DNA of 64,000 nucleotides from contig OZ242297.1 of assembly GCA_965207755.1 (NCBI GenBank), positions 83,384 through 147,383 on the forward strand. The letters run 5' to 3'. The first letter of the stretch is position 1, and every line of letters begins with the position of its first letter. The notes below the pieces were generated by a model, which made no database searches, was not told the DNA's origin, and saw only the letters and a list, made by a program, of their open reading frames with translations. Origin of the DNA: Acidimicrobiales bacterium (GTDB lineage: Bacteria > Actinomycetota > Acidimicrobiia > Acidimicrobiales > Aldehydirespiratoraceae). The position numbers were made by a program, and so were the translations under genes. This document shows, one piece after another, positions 9,564 through 18,681 of this stretch.

Positions 9564-12311
9564 ATGACCACCCGAGCCTGCGCCCCACACTGCTATTGCA
9601 CCACACCTGAGACGCGACCCACGGCCGGAGCAACGAACGAGAGCGCCGAAGAGTTGTGGGAGGAGTGCGCAGCGATCCTGCGACGCCTGTTCGTCCCCCC
9701 TGAGATCAGGCATGCCGAGCTGGAACGGCTCGCACAGTTGGAGGATCTCACCAGCGCTGACACGGCGGCCGTCCTGGGCCTCGTGTCCAGTTCCGGGCAC
9801 CTGCAGCATTTCTTGGCGAACATCGAGAGCCCAGCCTGGCTCGAAGCGCTGGGAGCCGCCGGCGTCTTGGATCTCTCAGACACGCATGGTCCGTGGCCGC
9901 CGCATGTCGCGGTGACCCGCCTCGCGGGAAGCCATCCCGCCAGGATCACAGCCTGGCTCCAGGACATGTACCCGTCGCGAGACGCTGGACCTGTGCCTGC
10001 CGCACAGGTCTGCCATGCCGCACTGAATGTTGGCGGGCCGGCCCTCGGCTTGGTCCTCGCCGCCGTGCGAGATCACCCAACCGACCACAGGATCATGAGG
10101 TCAGGCGTTAGGGCGGCAGAGCAGGCCGACGCGTCCGCTGCGTTGGTGGAGGACCTCGCCGACCTGATCCTGAATCCGAACAGTTGGCGCGCGGCCCGGC
10201 TCGTTGAGCCGCTGCTCAAACAGATGTCAGCCGGCGCGAACGAGGACAACTCTCAGCGCCGTGTCTCGATCCTTGTGCACAAGATCCGCTCACTCTCTGA
10301 CGACGATCAACTGCTCCGCAGGCTCAAGTGGCGGCGTTCTGGGTCCATCGCCGACACCCCTGCGAGGCATTCGCGTGATGATCGGTCCTGGGCACTGTTG
10401 TCGTGCTTGCTTCGCCTGCTGGAGAGTGCTTGGACCTGGACGCCCGCCAGCGACCTCCTTGACCACCTCGACGGCCTGCCTGACAGCCTCAGGCAACGAC
10501 TACGGGCATGGGTGCTCGCAAACGCGCCAGACGCCGACGCCGCACTCATCATCGATGAGATCGAGCAGGCGATCTCCACGCGGCTGCCGACCGGTGACGA
10601 CCCGGCTCTGCTGGACCGCGCCGCCGCGGTCGGCGACGCAGCCACATCTGCGACCAGATGGCGCGCCGCGTTGGGCACAGCGCCCGACGCGGAGCAAGCG
10701 GCTCGTGCGGCCGCCGCCGACGACATGAACCAGGATTGGCTTCGAGGACTGCGGTGGGTCCCGCTGCTGCCCGCCGGAACCGCGGACGCCTGGGCGGCTG
10801 CGAGCGACATTCTCGCCGACAGCTACGGCAGATCCAGCCGAGAAGGCCTCGCCCGCCGCCGCCCAGACACGATGGCCCAGTTCGCGGTGAGCCCCATCAG
10901 CATTGAGGAACTGCGATCGCTGGACCCGGACAGCGCCGCCGAGCGCGTTGCGGAGTGGCGGCCCGGCCCCGACGACTGGCTCGGCGGGGCGCATGAGATC
11001 GCAAGAGCCCTCGAGACCGTCGTCAAGGACAGCATCGAAGACTGTGTGTCCGCACCGATCCGCACAGTCGAGAAGCTGCGACACCCCACCTACATCAGCC
11101 GCTATCTGTCTGCCCTGACAGCGACCGTCTCAGCCCACGAACTGCCCGTCGGCGACATACTCGACGTGATTGGGCTTGTAAGAACACGCCCGTGGCCAGT
11201 GGAACCGCTCGCCGACGACCACCGCGACTACGACGCCGACTGGCGCGAGACGGAGCAGGCAGCCGTCGGGTTGATCAAGGCTCTGGCCGACTCAGACCGA
11301 GGCTTCGACGGCCGCGCCGACGAAGTCTGGGCGGTGCTGGCCTCTGAAGCCTCTGATCGTTCGGAGCCCTCCAACATAGTCTCGATCAGCACCGGGCCGG
11401 ATCATCTCGACAGCGCCATGGCCCGGCCATGCACCCGTGCCCTCGAGGCTGTGATCTCCCTCGTCGCGCACGAGTACCGCTCTTGTGGCACCGTGCGCCC
11501 AGAAGCGACCGCCCTCTTTGAGGACGCCCTGCGACTCGTCGACACCGACGGCGCCGAACACCGGGCCGTGCTGGCCTCCAGGATCGGATTCTTGTCGCAT
11601 GCCCTGCCCGAATGGACCGAGACGAACCGCGACCTATTGTTCGGAGACCAAGCCCCAGAGGGGCTAGGCCAGCTCACCGTCGAGCTCGCCCTCGAGTGGA
11701 GCCCCCCGAATCGGTGGCTCCTCGAGAACTTCCCCGAAGCCGTCCGCAACGCCGTCAGAGTCAGCGCCGAGCACGCCATGGACCACATGATGATCGCAAT
11801 GCTGTGGGGCTGCGCCGGCTACTCGGTCCCAGAGACCGTCGGGTTCCTGCGATCCTCTCCCGAGTTGGTGTCGAGGTCCGGGCAAGCACTGGCGAACGTC
11901 CTCGGCGGCGCCGACGTCGAAGCGTCCGTCGTCGATACTGTCACCGACTTCTGGAACGCGATCCTCGAGACAGAGACCGGCGACGCGGTCGAAGGATTCG
12001 GGTGGCTCGCAGAAGTCGCAGCAATCAGCGCCGAAACGTGGGAAGACCTCACGCTACGGACAATCAAGGCCGCCAACGGGCGAATCGACTGGAGCCACGG
12101 CATCGTCAAACGGCTCGCGGAATCGCCTCCCACCAGCACAGGCCTCGCACTCCTCAACGAGATGGTACGCGGCGACCTCGAAGAGTGGGACACCCTGAAC
12201 GTCGCCGAAGCGGCAGCGGACGTGCTCTCCAGGGCGGACAGCCTGAAAGACACCGACGACTACAAGCGGCTGCGCACAACACTGCTCGAACGGGCAATTA
12301 TCAGCGATTGA
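9564..12311 (+). CDS. large (about 915 aa) helical-repeat protein of unknown function; true N-terminus probably lost to the IS256 scar
   Basis: This is the C-terminal 915 codons of ORF 9060..12311, starting from the first in-frame ATG after the IS remnant. The composition is Leu/Ala/Asp/Glu-rich and coding-like throughout. No catalytic motif was recognised. Confidence 0.5.
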   Translation: MTTRACAPHCYCTTPETRPTAGATNESAEELWEECAAILRRLFVPPEIRHAELERLAQLEDLTSADTAAVLGLVSSSGHLQHFLANIESPAWLEALGAAGVLDLSDTHGPWPPHVAVTRLAGSHPARITAWLQDMYPSRDAGPVPAAQVCHAALNVGGPALGLVLAAVRDHPTDHRIMRSGVRAAEQADASAALVEDLADLILNPNSWRAARLVEPLLKQMSAGANEDNSQRRVSILVHKIRSLSDDDQLLRRLKWRRSGSIADTPARHSRDDRSWALLSCLLRLLESAWTWTPASDLLDHLDGLPDSLRQRLRAWVLANAPDADAALIIDEIEQAISTRLPTGDDPALLDRAAAVGDAATSATRWRAALGTAPDAEQAARAAAADDMNQDWLRGLRWVPLLPAGTADAWAAASDILADSYGRSSREGLARRRPDTMAQFAVSPISIEELRSLDPDSAAERVAEWRPGPDDWLGGAHEIARALETVVKDSIEDCVSAPIRTVEKLRHPTYISRYLSALTATVSAHELPVGDILDVIGLVRTRPWPVEPLADDHRDYDADWRETEQAAVGLIKALADSDRGFDGRADEVWAVLASEASDRSEPSNIVSISTGPDHLDSAMARPCTRALEAVISLVAHEYRSCGTVRPEATALFEDALRLVDTDGAEHRAVLASRIGFLSHALPEWTETNRDLLFGDQAPEGLGQLTVELALEWSPPNRWLLENFPEAVRNAVRVSAEHAMDHMMIAMLWGCAGYSVPETVGFLRSSPELVSRSGQALANVLGGADVEASVVDTVTDFWNAILETETGDAVEGFGWLAEVAAISAETWEDLTLRTIKAANGRIDWSHGIVKRLAESPPTSTGLALLNEMVRGDLEEWDTLNVAEAAADVLSRADSLKDTDDYKRLRTTLLERAIISD

Positions 12312-12356
12312 AACCGCCAAAACAGACCCGCCAGGCTCATCCCGGTCTCGATAATC

Positions 12357-12895
12357 GAGCCTTCGCGAATTCGTGGGGAGCGGGGTGGTTGAGGGTCCCC
12401 GTTGAGGGGTCGGGGCCCTGCTGGGATCGGTGATTGACACACCACTGATCCAGGAGGGCCTCGATGGCTTCTGATGTTGTGCGGGTGCGGCTGCGTGAGA
12501 CACGCGTGCTGAGAGTGCAGGTCGGCACGCCGAGCGAGCTGCGCGTGGAGATCGAGTCGACGGTGAGGCGCCCGCGGTGCCCGGCGTGCGGGTTCGGTTG
12601 CGCACGGGTGCATGACACCCGCCGACGCGACATTCGCGACGTTGGGGTGTCGGGGCGGCGCACCACGCTGGTTCGGCGCCGGCGACGGTTCCGCTGCGGG
12701 GGCTGCGAGCACCGCTTGGTCGAGGGCCACCCCGGGTTCGACGGCCGCCTGAGGCGGCGTCTGGCCCGGCGGCTGGTGGCCGACGCCGAGGTCAATGAGC
12801 CCGGTTACGTGAAGATGAGGACTCGCTCCAGCCGGTTCACCGTGCCGGTACAGATCGACATCTTCGACGCTCCCACAGCCGGGAGCGACGCCTGA
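12357..12895 (+). mobile_element. ISL3-family (subtype 1) left end plus N-terminal transposase fragment
   Basis: The end motif gagccttcgcgaattcgtggggagcggggtggttgagggtcccc (12357-12400) is followed by ORF 12464.. with the zf-ISL3 pattern RCPACGFGCARVHDTRRRDIRDVGVSGRRTTLVRRRRRFRCGGCEHRLVEGHPGF. The rest of the transposase is absent. Confidence 0.75.
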
Positions 12896-12896
12896 A

Positions 12897-14243
12897 GTGC
12901 CTTACGACGGTGAATATGCCACGGGCCATACGCTCGCTCGACTGGTTGCCAACCCGGCAGTGCGTGACTTCGACGGTGAGATCAAGAAATCCGCATCCAC
13001 CGGTGCTGGAGCCCTGCCCGCCACCATCGCACCACGCCGCGGGTCGACAAGAGTTAAGCGCCTCATCGCCATAGACGGCTCGACTGTGACGTCGAAGGTC
13101 GAGAACGGCCACCCAGGCGCGGAGGCTTCGCTGCTGAACATCGCCGCGGTCGTGATCGCGTTGGCGAGGTTGCGGGAACTAACCCAAATGGGCAAGAACG
13201 CCTCCGAGCCGATCCCGAGCCCCGCCGCAGTCAGAGAACTCGAGAAGTGCGACACCCTCAGCGCCGTGCTGCCCGGACGCAACGTCATAGGCAAGTCCAC
13301 CGGTGCGGACACCCCAAGAAGGTTCTTCCGTCAAGTCGTGCACCGCGAAATCAGCGGAGCGACCCTCTCGGGCGACCACGAGACCCTGCTGGAGACGCTG
13401 CGAGCCATCACCAACGACCGGTCGGCCCCTATCCAGTGCCCGGGCGAGTCCTGCGACCAGCATGTCACGCCGCAGTCTGAGCCGACGAACTGCGAAGCGT
13501 GCAGAGAGACCGTGTACCCCTCGGACTCACTGCGCTGCCACGAGAGATTCGAGGACTACGGCAGTAGCGAACAGGCCTTCACCATGGTGAGGATCGTCGT
13601 CGAGCACCTCTCGATGGTCAACCTGATCCGCTGGTTCGAGAGGCACGACCGGTTCGACGTGCTCGACGGGATCGGGTTCATCATGGACGGTCCGCTGGCC
13701 ATCTTCGGCATGGCAGCGTGGCTCAAGAAGCACATACAAGACGAGCTAGCCCGGCTCCACCGGCTCTCCCTTCACAAGGGCGGAGCGGGAGTGCTCCTGC
13801 TGGGAGTCGAGAAGCACGGGATGTTCATGGACCACCTCGAAGCGCTCGACTGGTCCGCGGCCCGCGGCGAGCGCGGCCGGCTGCAGCCGGGCACAGTGAT
13901 GGCCCCCGACGTTAGCTACATCCACCAGCACATCGCCTTGCGACCGCCGGACGCCAAACCCTACGGGCAGGCGACCTACTACGGCCGGCACCTGATGTAC
14001 AAGTCACAGAGCGGACAGCACGCCGCCTTGACGCTTCCGATTGTCAATGCCCAGGGAGCGGACCCGGCATGTGTGGAGGAGGGTGCTTACCCGCGCGCCG
14101 GCGACGCCCTGGACCTCATCGACGAGTTGGGCACCCACCTCTACAAGGACGGGTTCGCCCCGTTGGCGCGGGCCCATCTGCACGCCGCGGTGCCGCTGCA
14201 CCGCGGCACCGAGATACTGGCCTCCATCTTCTCGGACCGATGA
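12897..14243 (+). CDS. NurA-like nuclease with inserted zinc ribbon (candidate restriction component)
   Basis: GTG start preceded by GGGAGC. It carries RLIAIDGSTVTS and GFIMDGPLAIFGM (the NurA D-G-S / D-G-x-L acidic motifs) and a Cys cluster CPGESCDQH...CEACRETVYPSDSLRCH. The stop overlaps the methyltransferase start (ATGA). Confidence 0.55.
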   Translation: MPYDGEYATGHTLARLVANPAVRDFDGEIKKSASTGAGALPATIAPRRGSTRVKRLIAIDGSTVTSKVENGHPGAEASLLNIAAVVIALARLRELTQMGKNASEPIPSPAAVRELEKCDTLSAVLPGRNVIGKSTGADTPRRFFRQVVHREISGATLSGDHETLLETLRAITNDRSAPIQCPGESCDQHVTPQSEPTNCEACRETVYPSDSLRCHERFEDYGSSEQAFTMVRIVVEHLSMVNLIRWFERHDRFDVLDGIGFIMDGPLAIFGMAAWLKKHIQDELARLHRLSLHKGGAGVLLLGVEKHGMFMDHLEALDWSAARGERGRLQPGTVMAPDVSYIHQHIALRPPDAKPYGQATYYGRHLMYKSQSGQHAALTLPIVNAQGADPACVEEGAYPRAGDALDLIDELGTHLYKDGFAPLARAHLHAAVPLHRGTEILASIFSDR

Positions 14244-15436
14244 CAGCCGCCGTCACCAGACCGACGCCCGACTGCGGAGTGGGGTTCGCCACCCCCGAGG
14301 CCCGATGGGCTCGTCTGGGTCCCTACTACGCGATGTTTCCCATCAGTTTCGCCCAGGATGCCATAGACCGCTTCTCCCAGCCCGGAGACCTGGTCTTGGA
14401 CCCGTTCTGCGGCCGGGGCACCGCCCCATATGCCGCCATGGTCGCCGGCAGGGACGCCCTCGGCTGCGAGATCAACCCGGTCGCCTGGGTGTACGCCGCT
14501 ACCAAGACAGCCCCCGCGCCCGGCCCGGAGGCGGTCAAGGACCGCATCCGCGACATCGCCGAGTCCGCCTCGCCGGAGGACCGCGAGCCCAGATCGGAGT
14601 TCCAGGCCCTCGCGTTCTGCCGGACCGTGCTGGGGTTCCTGCACGCCGCGCGCCGCGGGCTGCGATGGCGGCACGACACCATCGACCGCACAGTCGCCGC
14701 GTTGATCCTCCACTACCTGCACAGCAAGATCCCCCAGGGGCTCTCGAACCAGATGCGCCACTGCCGGGCCATGTCGCCGGGCTACTGCGTGCGCTGGTGG
14801 AACGACAACGGCTACCAGACACCCCCCGAAGTCGACCCCGTCAGCTTCCTCAACGACCGAGTCGACTGGCGCTACCGCAGAGGAATCCCCGAGAGATCGC
14901 ACAGCAGCGGCGTGACCGTGACCCTCGGCGACTCTGCCGCCGACCTGGAGCCAGTGGCCAAGCCGGCCCGGCTGGTAGTGACATCGCCCCCGTACAGCGC
15001 GGTGACCGACTACAGAGCCGACAGTTGGCTGCGGCTGTGGGCGATCGGGGAAGGCCCCGCCTTGCCGAGATGGGACACCAAGCAGAAGTACGTCGACTTG
15101 GCCGCGTACGGCACGATGCTGCGGCGAGTGTTCTCGGCGACGGCACGCAGAGCACACCCCGACGCGGCGTGGCTGGTGCGCTGCGACGCCCGCGAGCGAA
15201 CATTCGACGTCGTCCTCCCCCTGCTGGGCGAGATCGCCGGCGGCCGAGACGTCGACGTGAGCCCTGCCCCGTTCCGGCGGCCCACCCAGACGTCGCTGTA
15301 CGGCGACCGGGCCGCGAAACCCGGCGAGATGGACCTGCTCGTGCGCCCCGGAGCCACGAGAGCACGCCGACCTGGCCAAAGCCGAGCCCCGAACGGCTCC
15401 GCCGCCGCCCGCTGCACACCACAGGCCGAATCGTGA
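14240..15436 (+). CDS. N6A/N4C DNA methyltransferase, motif I before motif IV (alpha-like order)
   Basis: The ATG at 14240 lies inside ORF 14069..15436. LVLDPFCGRGTAPYAA (AdoMet motif I) is followed about 200 aa later by LVVTSPPYSAVTDY (catalytic SPPY). Confidence 0.8.
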   Translation: MTAAVTRPTPDCGVGFATPEARWARLGPYYAMFPISFAQDAIDRFSQPGDLVLDPFCGRGTAPYAAMVAGRDALGCEINPVAWVYAATKTAPAPGPEAVKDRIRDIAESASPEDREPRSEFQALAFCRTVLGFLHAARRGLRWRHDTIDRTVAALILHYLHSKIPQGLSNQMRHCRAMSPGYCVRWWNDNGYQTPPEVDPVSFLNDRVDWRYRRGIPERSHSSGVTVTLGDSAADLEPVAKPARLVVTSPPYSAVTDYRADSWLRLWAIGEGPALPRWDTKQKYVDLAAYGTMLRRVFSATARRAHPDAAWLVRCDARERTFDVVLPLLGEIAGGRDVDVSPAPFRRPTQTSLYGDRAAKPGEMDLLVRPGATRARRPGQSRAPNGSAAARCTPQAES

Positions 15437-15630
15437 CCACCGGCCGCCGCCGAAGCCGCAAACTCGACGACGACTGGCCCAAGACCCCCCACCTCCTCGC
15501 CGCACGCTCCAAGCGATACCTTCGACGGCTCCACGTAGGCGACACCGCTTTCGCCGTCTGGGGAACCGTGGATAGAATGCGCCTCCCGTCTTGGATGACA
15601 TCGAACGGATACTCCGAGAAGTTGCCGGTG

Positions 15631-15807
15631 GCCCAGGCCTCGGTGCGGATCGGCCCCGCCGCCACATCAGGTGCTCGTCGCGCACAGGGTTGTCTTCCAA
15701 AGGGATCCTCCAGATGCCCGGCTGCCTGGCGGAGCCGATTCTGGGGGATCCCTCGCGTTCAGCCGCGGACGGTCAGCGCCCTACTCCGACCTCAAACGCG
15801 AAGCGCC
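15631..15807 (-). mobile_element. ISL3 subtype-2 left-end remnant (internal-deletion copy of 7808-8456)
   Basis: It shares gcccaggcc...ccgccacatcaggtgctcgtcg and the terminal 106 bp (15702-15807) with the copy at 7680-8456, in the same orientation. It retains only DEHLMWRRG of the transposase. Confidence 0.75.
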
Positions 15808-16024
15808 ACGAAAGTCCAGGTCAGAGTACATGTCCTGACTTTCGGCTCCAAAGGGTCTGACGCGATATTCTAATGGATATTCTGATATGCTGTCGGGAAC
15901 CGGTCGGGGAACGGATAGCGGGAAGTGCTACGCTCGTCATCACAATACAAGACATGACCCGGCCCCGGTGGCAGCCGAGGCGGGGCGACGTCACCAATTC
16001 CAGCAGGGCCTCGACCCCTGCTCC

Positions 16025-16063
16025 GGGACCCTCAACCACCCCCTCCCCACGTTTTCCTGCAGG
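16025..16063. repeat. solo ISL3 subtype-1 end (right-end orientation), copy R3
   Basis: gggaccctcaaccaccccctccccacgttttcctgcagg is the inverse of the end at 12357-12400. About 30 further bp inward also match the left end. Confidence 0.75.
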
Positions 16064-16249
16064 TTCGACCAATATAGTGTTTGCTGACGCTAAGCTAAGT
16101 CTCAAGGCTTGTCCTGCCAACACGTTGAGAGCACGATCCGAGTGGCCACCGAGAACACGCTTTGGCCCGTACCATCCAGTATCAACAGAATATGTGTCCG
16201 AGCGTGAAGTCACGAGTGACACAGCTCCTGTAAACAATCGGATGCTCAT
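16064..16249 (-). pseudogene. 5' stub of a fifth operon gene, cut off by the ISL3 end
   Basis: ATG 16249 overlaps the ImmA stop (ATGA). MSIRLFTGAVSLVTSRSDTYSVDTGWYGPKRVLGGHSDRALNVLAGQALRLSLASANTILV then reads into IS-end sequence (EPAGKRGEGVVEGP). Confidence 0.35.
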
Positions 16250-16965
16250 TCTGTCAGTTGAGTAAGTGCTAGAGCCGAACCTCGGCGGACCGAGACTTGA
16301 GCAGGGACATCGCGCTCTTGGCCTCCAACCATGATGGCAAGATGGGTCATCACGTCGCCACCATCAACCAACGCATCCAGCAGAGGTCCAGTCTGCGGCG
16401 CAGAACGAATACGCCCCTCAAATCCCGATGGCAGTCCGGCTGCCCACCTGAAACTCCACTTGGTACCGTCGTGCTTCCAGTGCAATAGGCTTCGCTGCCA
16501 ACCTGCCACTTCGTTTAGACGGACACACGCGGATGCTAGAGATGTATTGGAGCGCCCACTAACGACACGAAGTGTATGGAGGGTCCGTGGGCGCTTATAG
16601 GCCACAGATCTAACCCAAGCCCATGGCAGAAGCAGTGCCGCAGCAAAATCCTCACAAAATCTCTCCTCCTCATCGCGGCCGATGACGTGGCGAGTGGCTA
16701 CGAGCTCCGATCTGGGATCTGAGAGCAAGGCATGGCATAGTTCATGGGCAATGGTGAAACGGCGTCTTTCTCGCGACACGCCTTCTCGCACAATGATGCG
16801 AGTTAGTCCTTCTGAACGCTCCATTCGACCATCTTCAATTAGGTGAGCCTCGATAACTTGATCCACGCCAAGTTGGCTGACAAGACGCTCAATGTCGATC
16901 GGAGGTGGGCCCAACTCGAACATCTCGGCTATCTCCTGCGCTAGGCGGCTAGCTCTTGCGTTCAC
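16246..16965 (-). CDS. ImmA/IrrE-family zinc metallopeptidase (COG2856)
   Basis: It has an HEXXH motif (FTIAHELCHALL) in the usual context, with EERFCEDFAAALLLP downstream. The GTG start overlaps the upstream stop by 4 nt. Confidence 0.8.
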   Translation of the reverse strand: MNARASRLAQEIAEMFELGPPPIDIERLVSQLGVDQVIEAHLIEDGRMERSEGLTRIIVREGVSRERRRFTIAHELCHALLSDPRSELVATRHVIGRDEEERFCEDFAAALLLPWAWVRSVAYKRPRTLHTLRVVSGRSNTSLASACVRLNEVAGWQRSLLHWKHDGTKWSFRWAAGLPSGFEGRIRSAPQTGPLLDALVDGGDVMTHLAIMVGGQERDVPAQVSVRRGSALALTQLTE

Positions 16966-17927
16966 TGTCCTGTGCTCTCATGGAGCCGATACCAGTCGGC
17001 GGGGCTGCCAAATACTAGGCGTCGTACGCCTTCCGACGACAGTACTTGCTCGGCATGCTGCATTAGCCGTTCCGCATGTGAATCACTCCATCCATTCTCT
17101 TCCTGGGAGGAGACGAGCGATTTGATTTGCCTGTATGAGAGTGGACTGCGTTCCTGGGTGAAATAATGCACAACATCGATATCCATGTTGTTACCAAGCC
17201 GAATGATCTGACTGATCGATAGCGTCGCCACGAGCAGTGGATCGCTCAAGTAGTGATCAATGTAGTCTGGTGCCAGCCTACACTGCTCAGCGGCTACCAA
17301 TTGATCGCGGTGGTTGAGACTCCTCCACTTGTACCATAGATCAGATTGAACGTGGCGATACAGTATCGACAGATTGCTACGGATTCTAGGACCGTCCTCG
17401 ATCTTGCTGCGATTGTTCTGAACAAAGAGCCGCACAACTGAGGCGAGTTGGTCTGGCAGCTCATAGAACTCCACATTGATCAGTGGATTACCTGAGACTT
17501 GTCGACTAACGTTCTCTCCCTTCGGAGACAAGTGAAGTATCGGAATGCCTTGTCTGCATGCGAGTTCAAGTTCTTGGCCAGTTCCAGAGCTTCCGCCCTG
17601 AAGCGACAAGATGATCAATGCGTCGGCTTCAGCCAACACTAGGCGAGTGTTCTGTCGGTATATGTCCCATTGGCTGGCATCGCTTGACCATGGAGCACTC
17701 AGCACGGCTGGTGCGTGAGTTCGGAACTGAGCTGGCCCGCCGTCAAATCGGGGATCCTGAATCGTGGCTACGATCTTGTCAACTTGGAAGGTGACGCTTC
17801 GACGCTGCTCGGGTGATGGGTCAGCCCGCGTAAGAGGCGACGCGATGTAGATCAACGGAAGATCGTGGTCATCGCTCCGGCGAGGAGCCTCGCCAGCCGC
17901 AAATGGAAGCTCGAGTTCACCCTTCAT
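16962..17927 (-). CDS. nucleoside 2-deoxyribosyltransferase-like domain fused to a C-terminal XRE-type HTH
   Basis: The N-terminal half has LIYIASPL ... AEADALIILSLQGGSSGTGQELELACRQGIPILHL (NDT-like Rossmannoid pattern with a conserved Glu). The C-terminal half has an HTH-like LVATLSISQIIRLGNNMDIDVVHYF. A good SD (AGGAGAAG) sits 5 nt before the ATG, inside the Doc 3' end. Confidence 0.5.
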   Translation of the reverse strand: MKGELELPFAAGEAPRRSDDHDLPLIYIASPLTRADPSPEQRRSVTFQVDKIVATIQDPRFDGGPAQFRTHAPAVLSAPWSSDASQWDIYRQNTRLVLAEADALIILSLQGGSSGTGQELELACRQGIPILHLSPKGENVSRQVSGNPLINVEFYELPDQLASVVRLFVQNNRSKIEDGPRIRSNLSILYRHVQSDLWYKWRSLNHRDQLVAAEQCRLAPDYIDHYLSDPLLVATLSISQIIRLGNNMDIDVVHYFTQERSPLSYRQIKSLVSSQEENGWSDSHAERLMQHAEQVLSSEGVRRLVFGSPADWYRLHESTGQ

Positions 17928-18345
17928 CGTCTTCTCCTGGTTCTACGAGACGCCGCCGGATCCAACGTCCGAGTTCCTCCTGGCTGACGGTGCCAGCCGC
18001 CACTCCCTCGATCATCGCCACAGTCTCGTCACGTTCCACCCCATCGTTTGGAGGACGTGCCCACTCATAACCATTGCGGTACACAAACTCAAGCAGGCAC
18101 ACGTAGCCGACGCGCTTGTTGCCGTCCAGCAGGGGGTGACCCTTGATGAGCTGAAACGTCATAGCCGCGGCCTTGTCGGCGAAGCACGGGTAGTACTCGA
18201 CCTGCCCAATGCCAGCATTAGGAGCCGACAGGGCGTGCTCAGCCATGTGCAGTCGCGGCAGGCGCGCGAGTGCCTCGACCTCGATCCCGGTGATCTGCTC
18301 CGCGATCAACAGGAACTCGGCAAGGTCGAGGCACTCCACGCTCAT
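17917..18345 (-). CDS. doc: Doc (death-on-curing) Fic-fold toxin
   Basis: It carries the Fic/Doc motif HPLLDGNKRVG. The ATG at 18345 is the internal start of ORF 17917..18489, 1 nt after the antitoxin stop. Confidence 0.85.
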   Translation of the reverse strand: MSVECLDLAEFLLIAEQITGIEVEALARLPRLHMAEHALSAPNAGIGQVEYYPCFADKAAAMTFQLIKGHPLLDGNKRVGYVCLLEFVYRNGYEWARPPNDGVERDETVAMIEGVAAGTVSQEELGRWIRRRLVEPGEDDEG

Positions 18346-18346
18346 G

Positions 18347-18562
18347 TCACTGGGCGAGCCTCTCAAGCACGACGCGCTCCTCGTCGAGGATGCGCTGGAG
18401 CCGTGCCTGAAAGGCGGGGTCGCGCCGTCGCTTCTCGATGTGCTCAGCGATGGCGGCGCGGATCGCCTCCGAAGTGGACACGCCGTCAACCCGCGCGACC
18501 GCGTCGAGTTCGGCGGCCTGCTGGGCGTCTTGGCGGATGGTCGTAGTGCGGGTGTCTGCCAT
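18347..18562 (-). CDS. ribbon-helix-helix antitoxin-like protein (Phd-position partner of Doc)
   Basis: The ATG at 18562 is preceded by AAGGAGGAGG. MADTRTTTIRQDAQQAAELDAVARVDGVSTSEAIRAAIAEHIEKRR is RHH-like. Confidence 0.7.
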   Translation of the reverse strand: MADTRTTTIRQDAQQAAELDAVARVDGVSTSEAIRAAIAEHIEKRRRDPAFQARLQRILDEERVVLERLAQ

Positions 18563-18681
18563 GGTGTGCCTCCTCCTTGAGCGGTGCTTCATCTGCACAT
18601 ACATCTATCAGTAGGCAATAGTTATTGTATCATGCATACGGACCGTGTGCAACCCATGCCGGTGCTTGCCGCCCCTGAGCA

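Noticed and set aside
9060-12311. Treating the 1083-aa ORF as one native protein
   Set aside because: The first 170 codons are IS256 transposase remnants plus low-complexity junk. The ORF is open by accident of an in-frame fusion.
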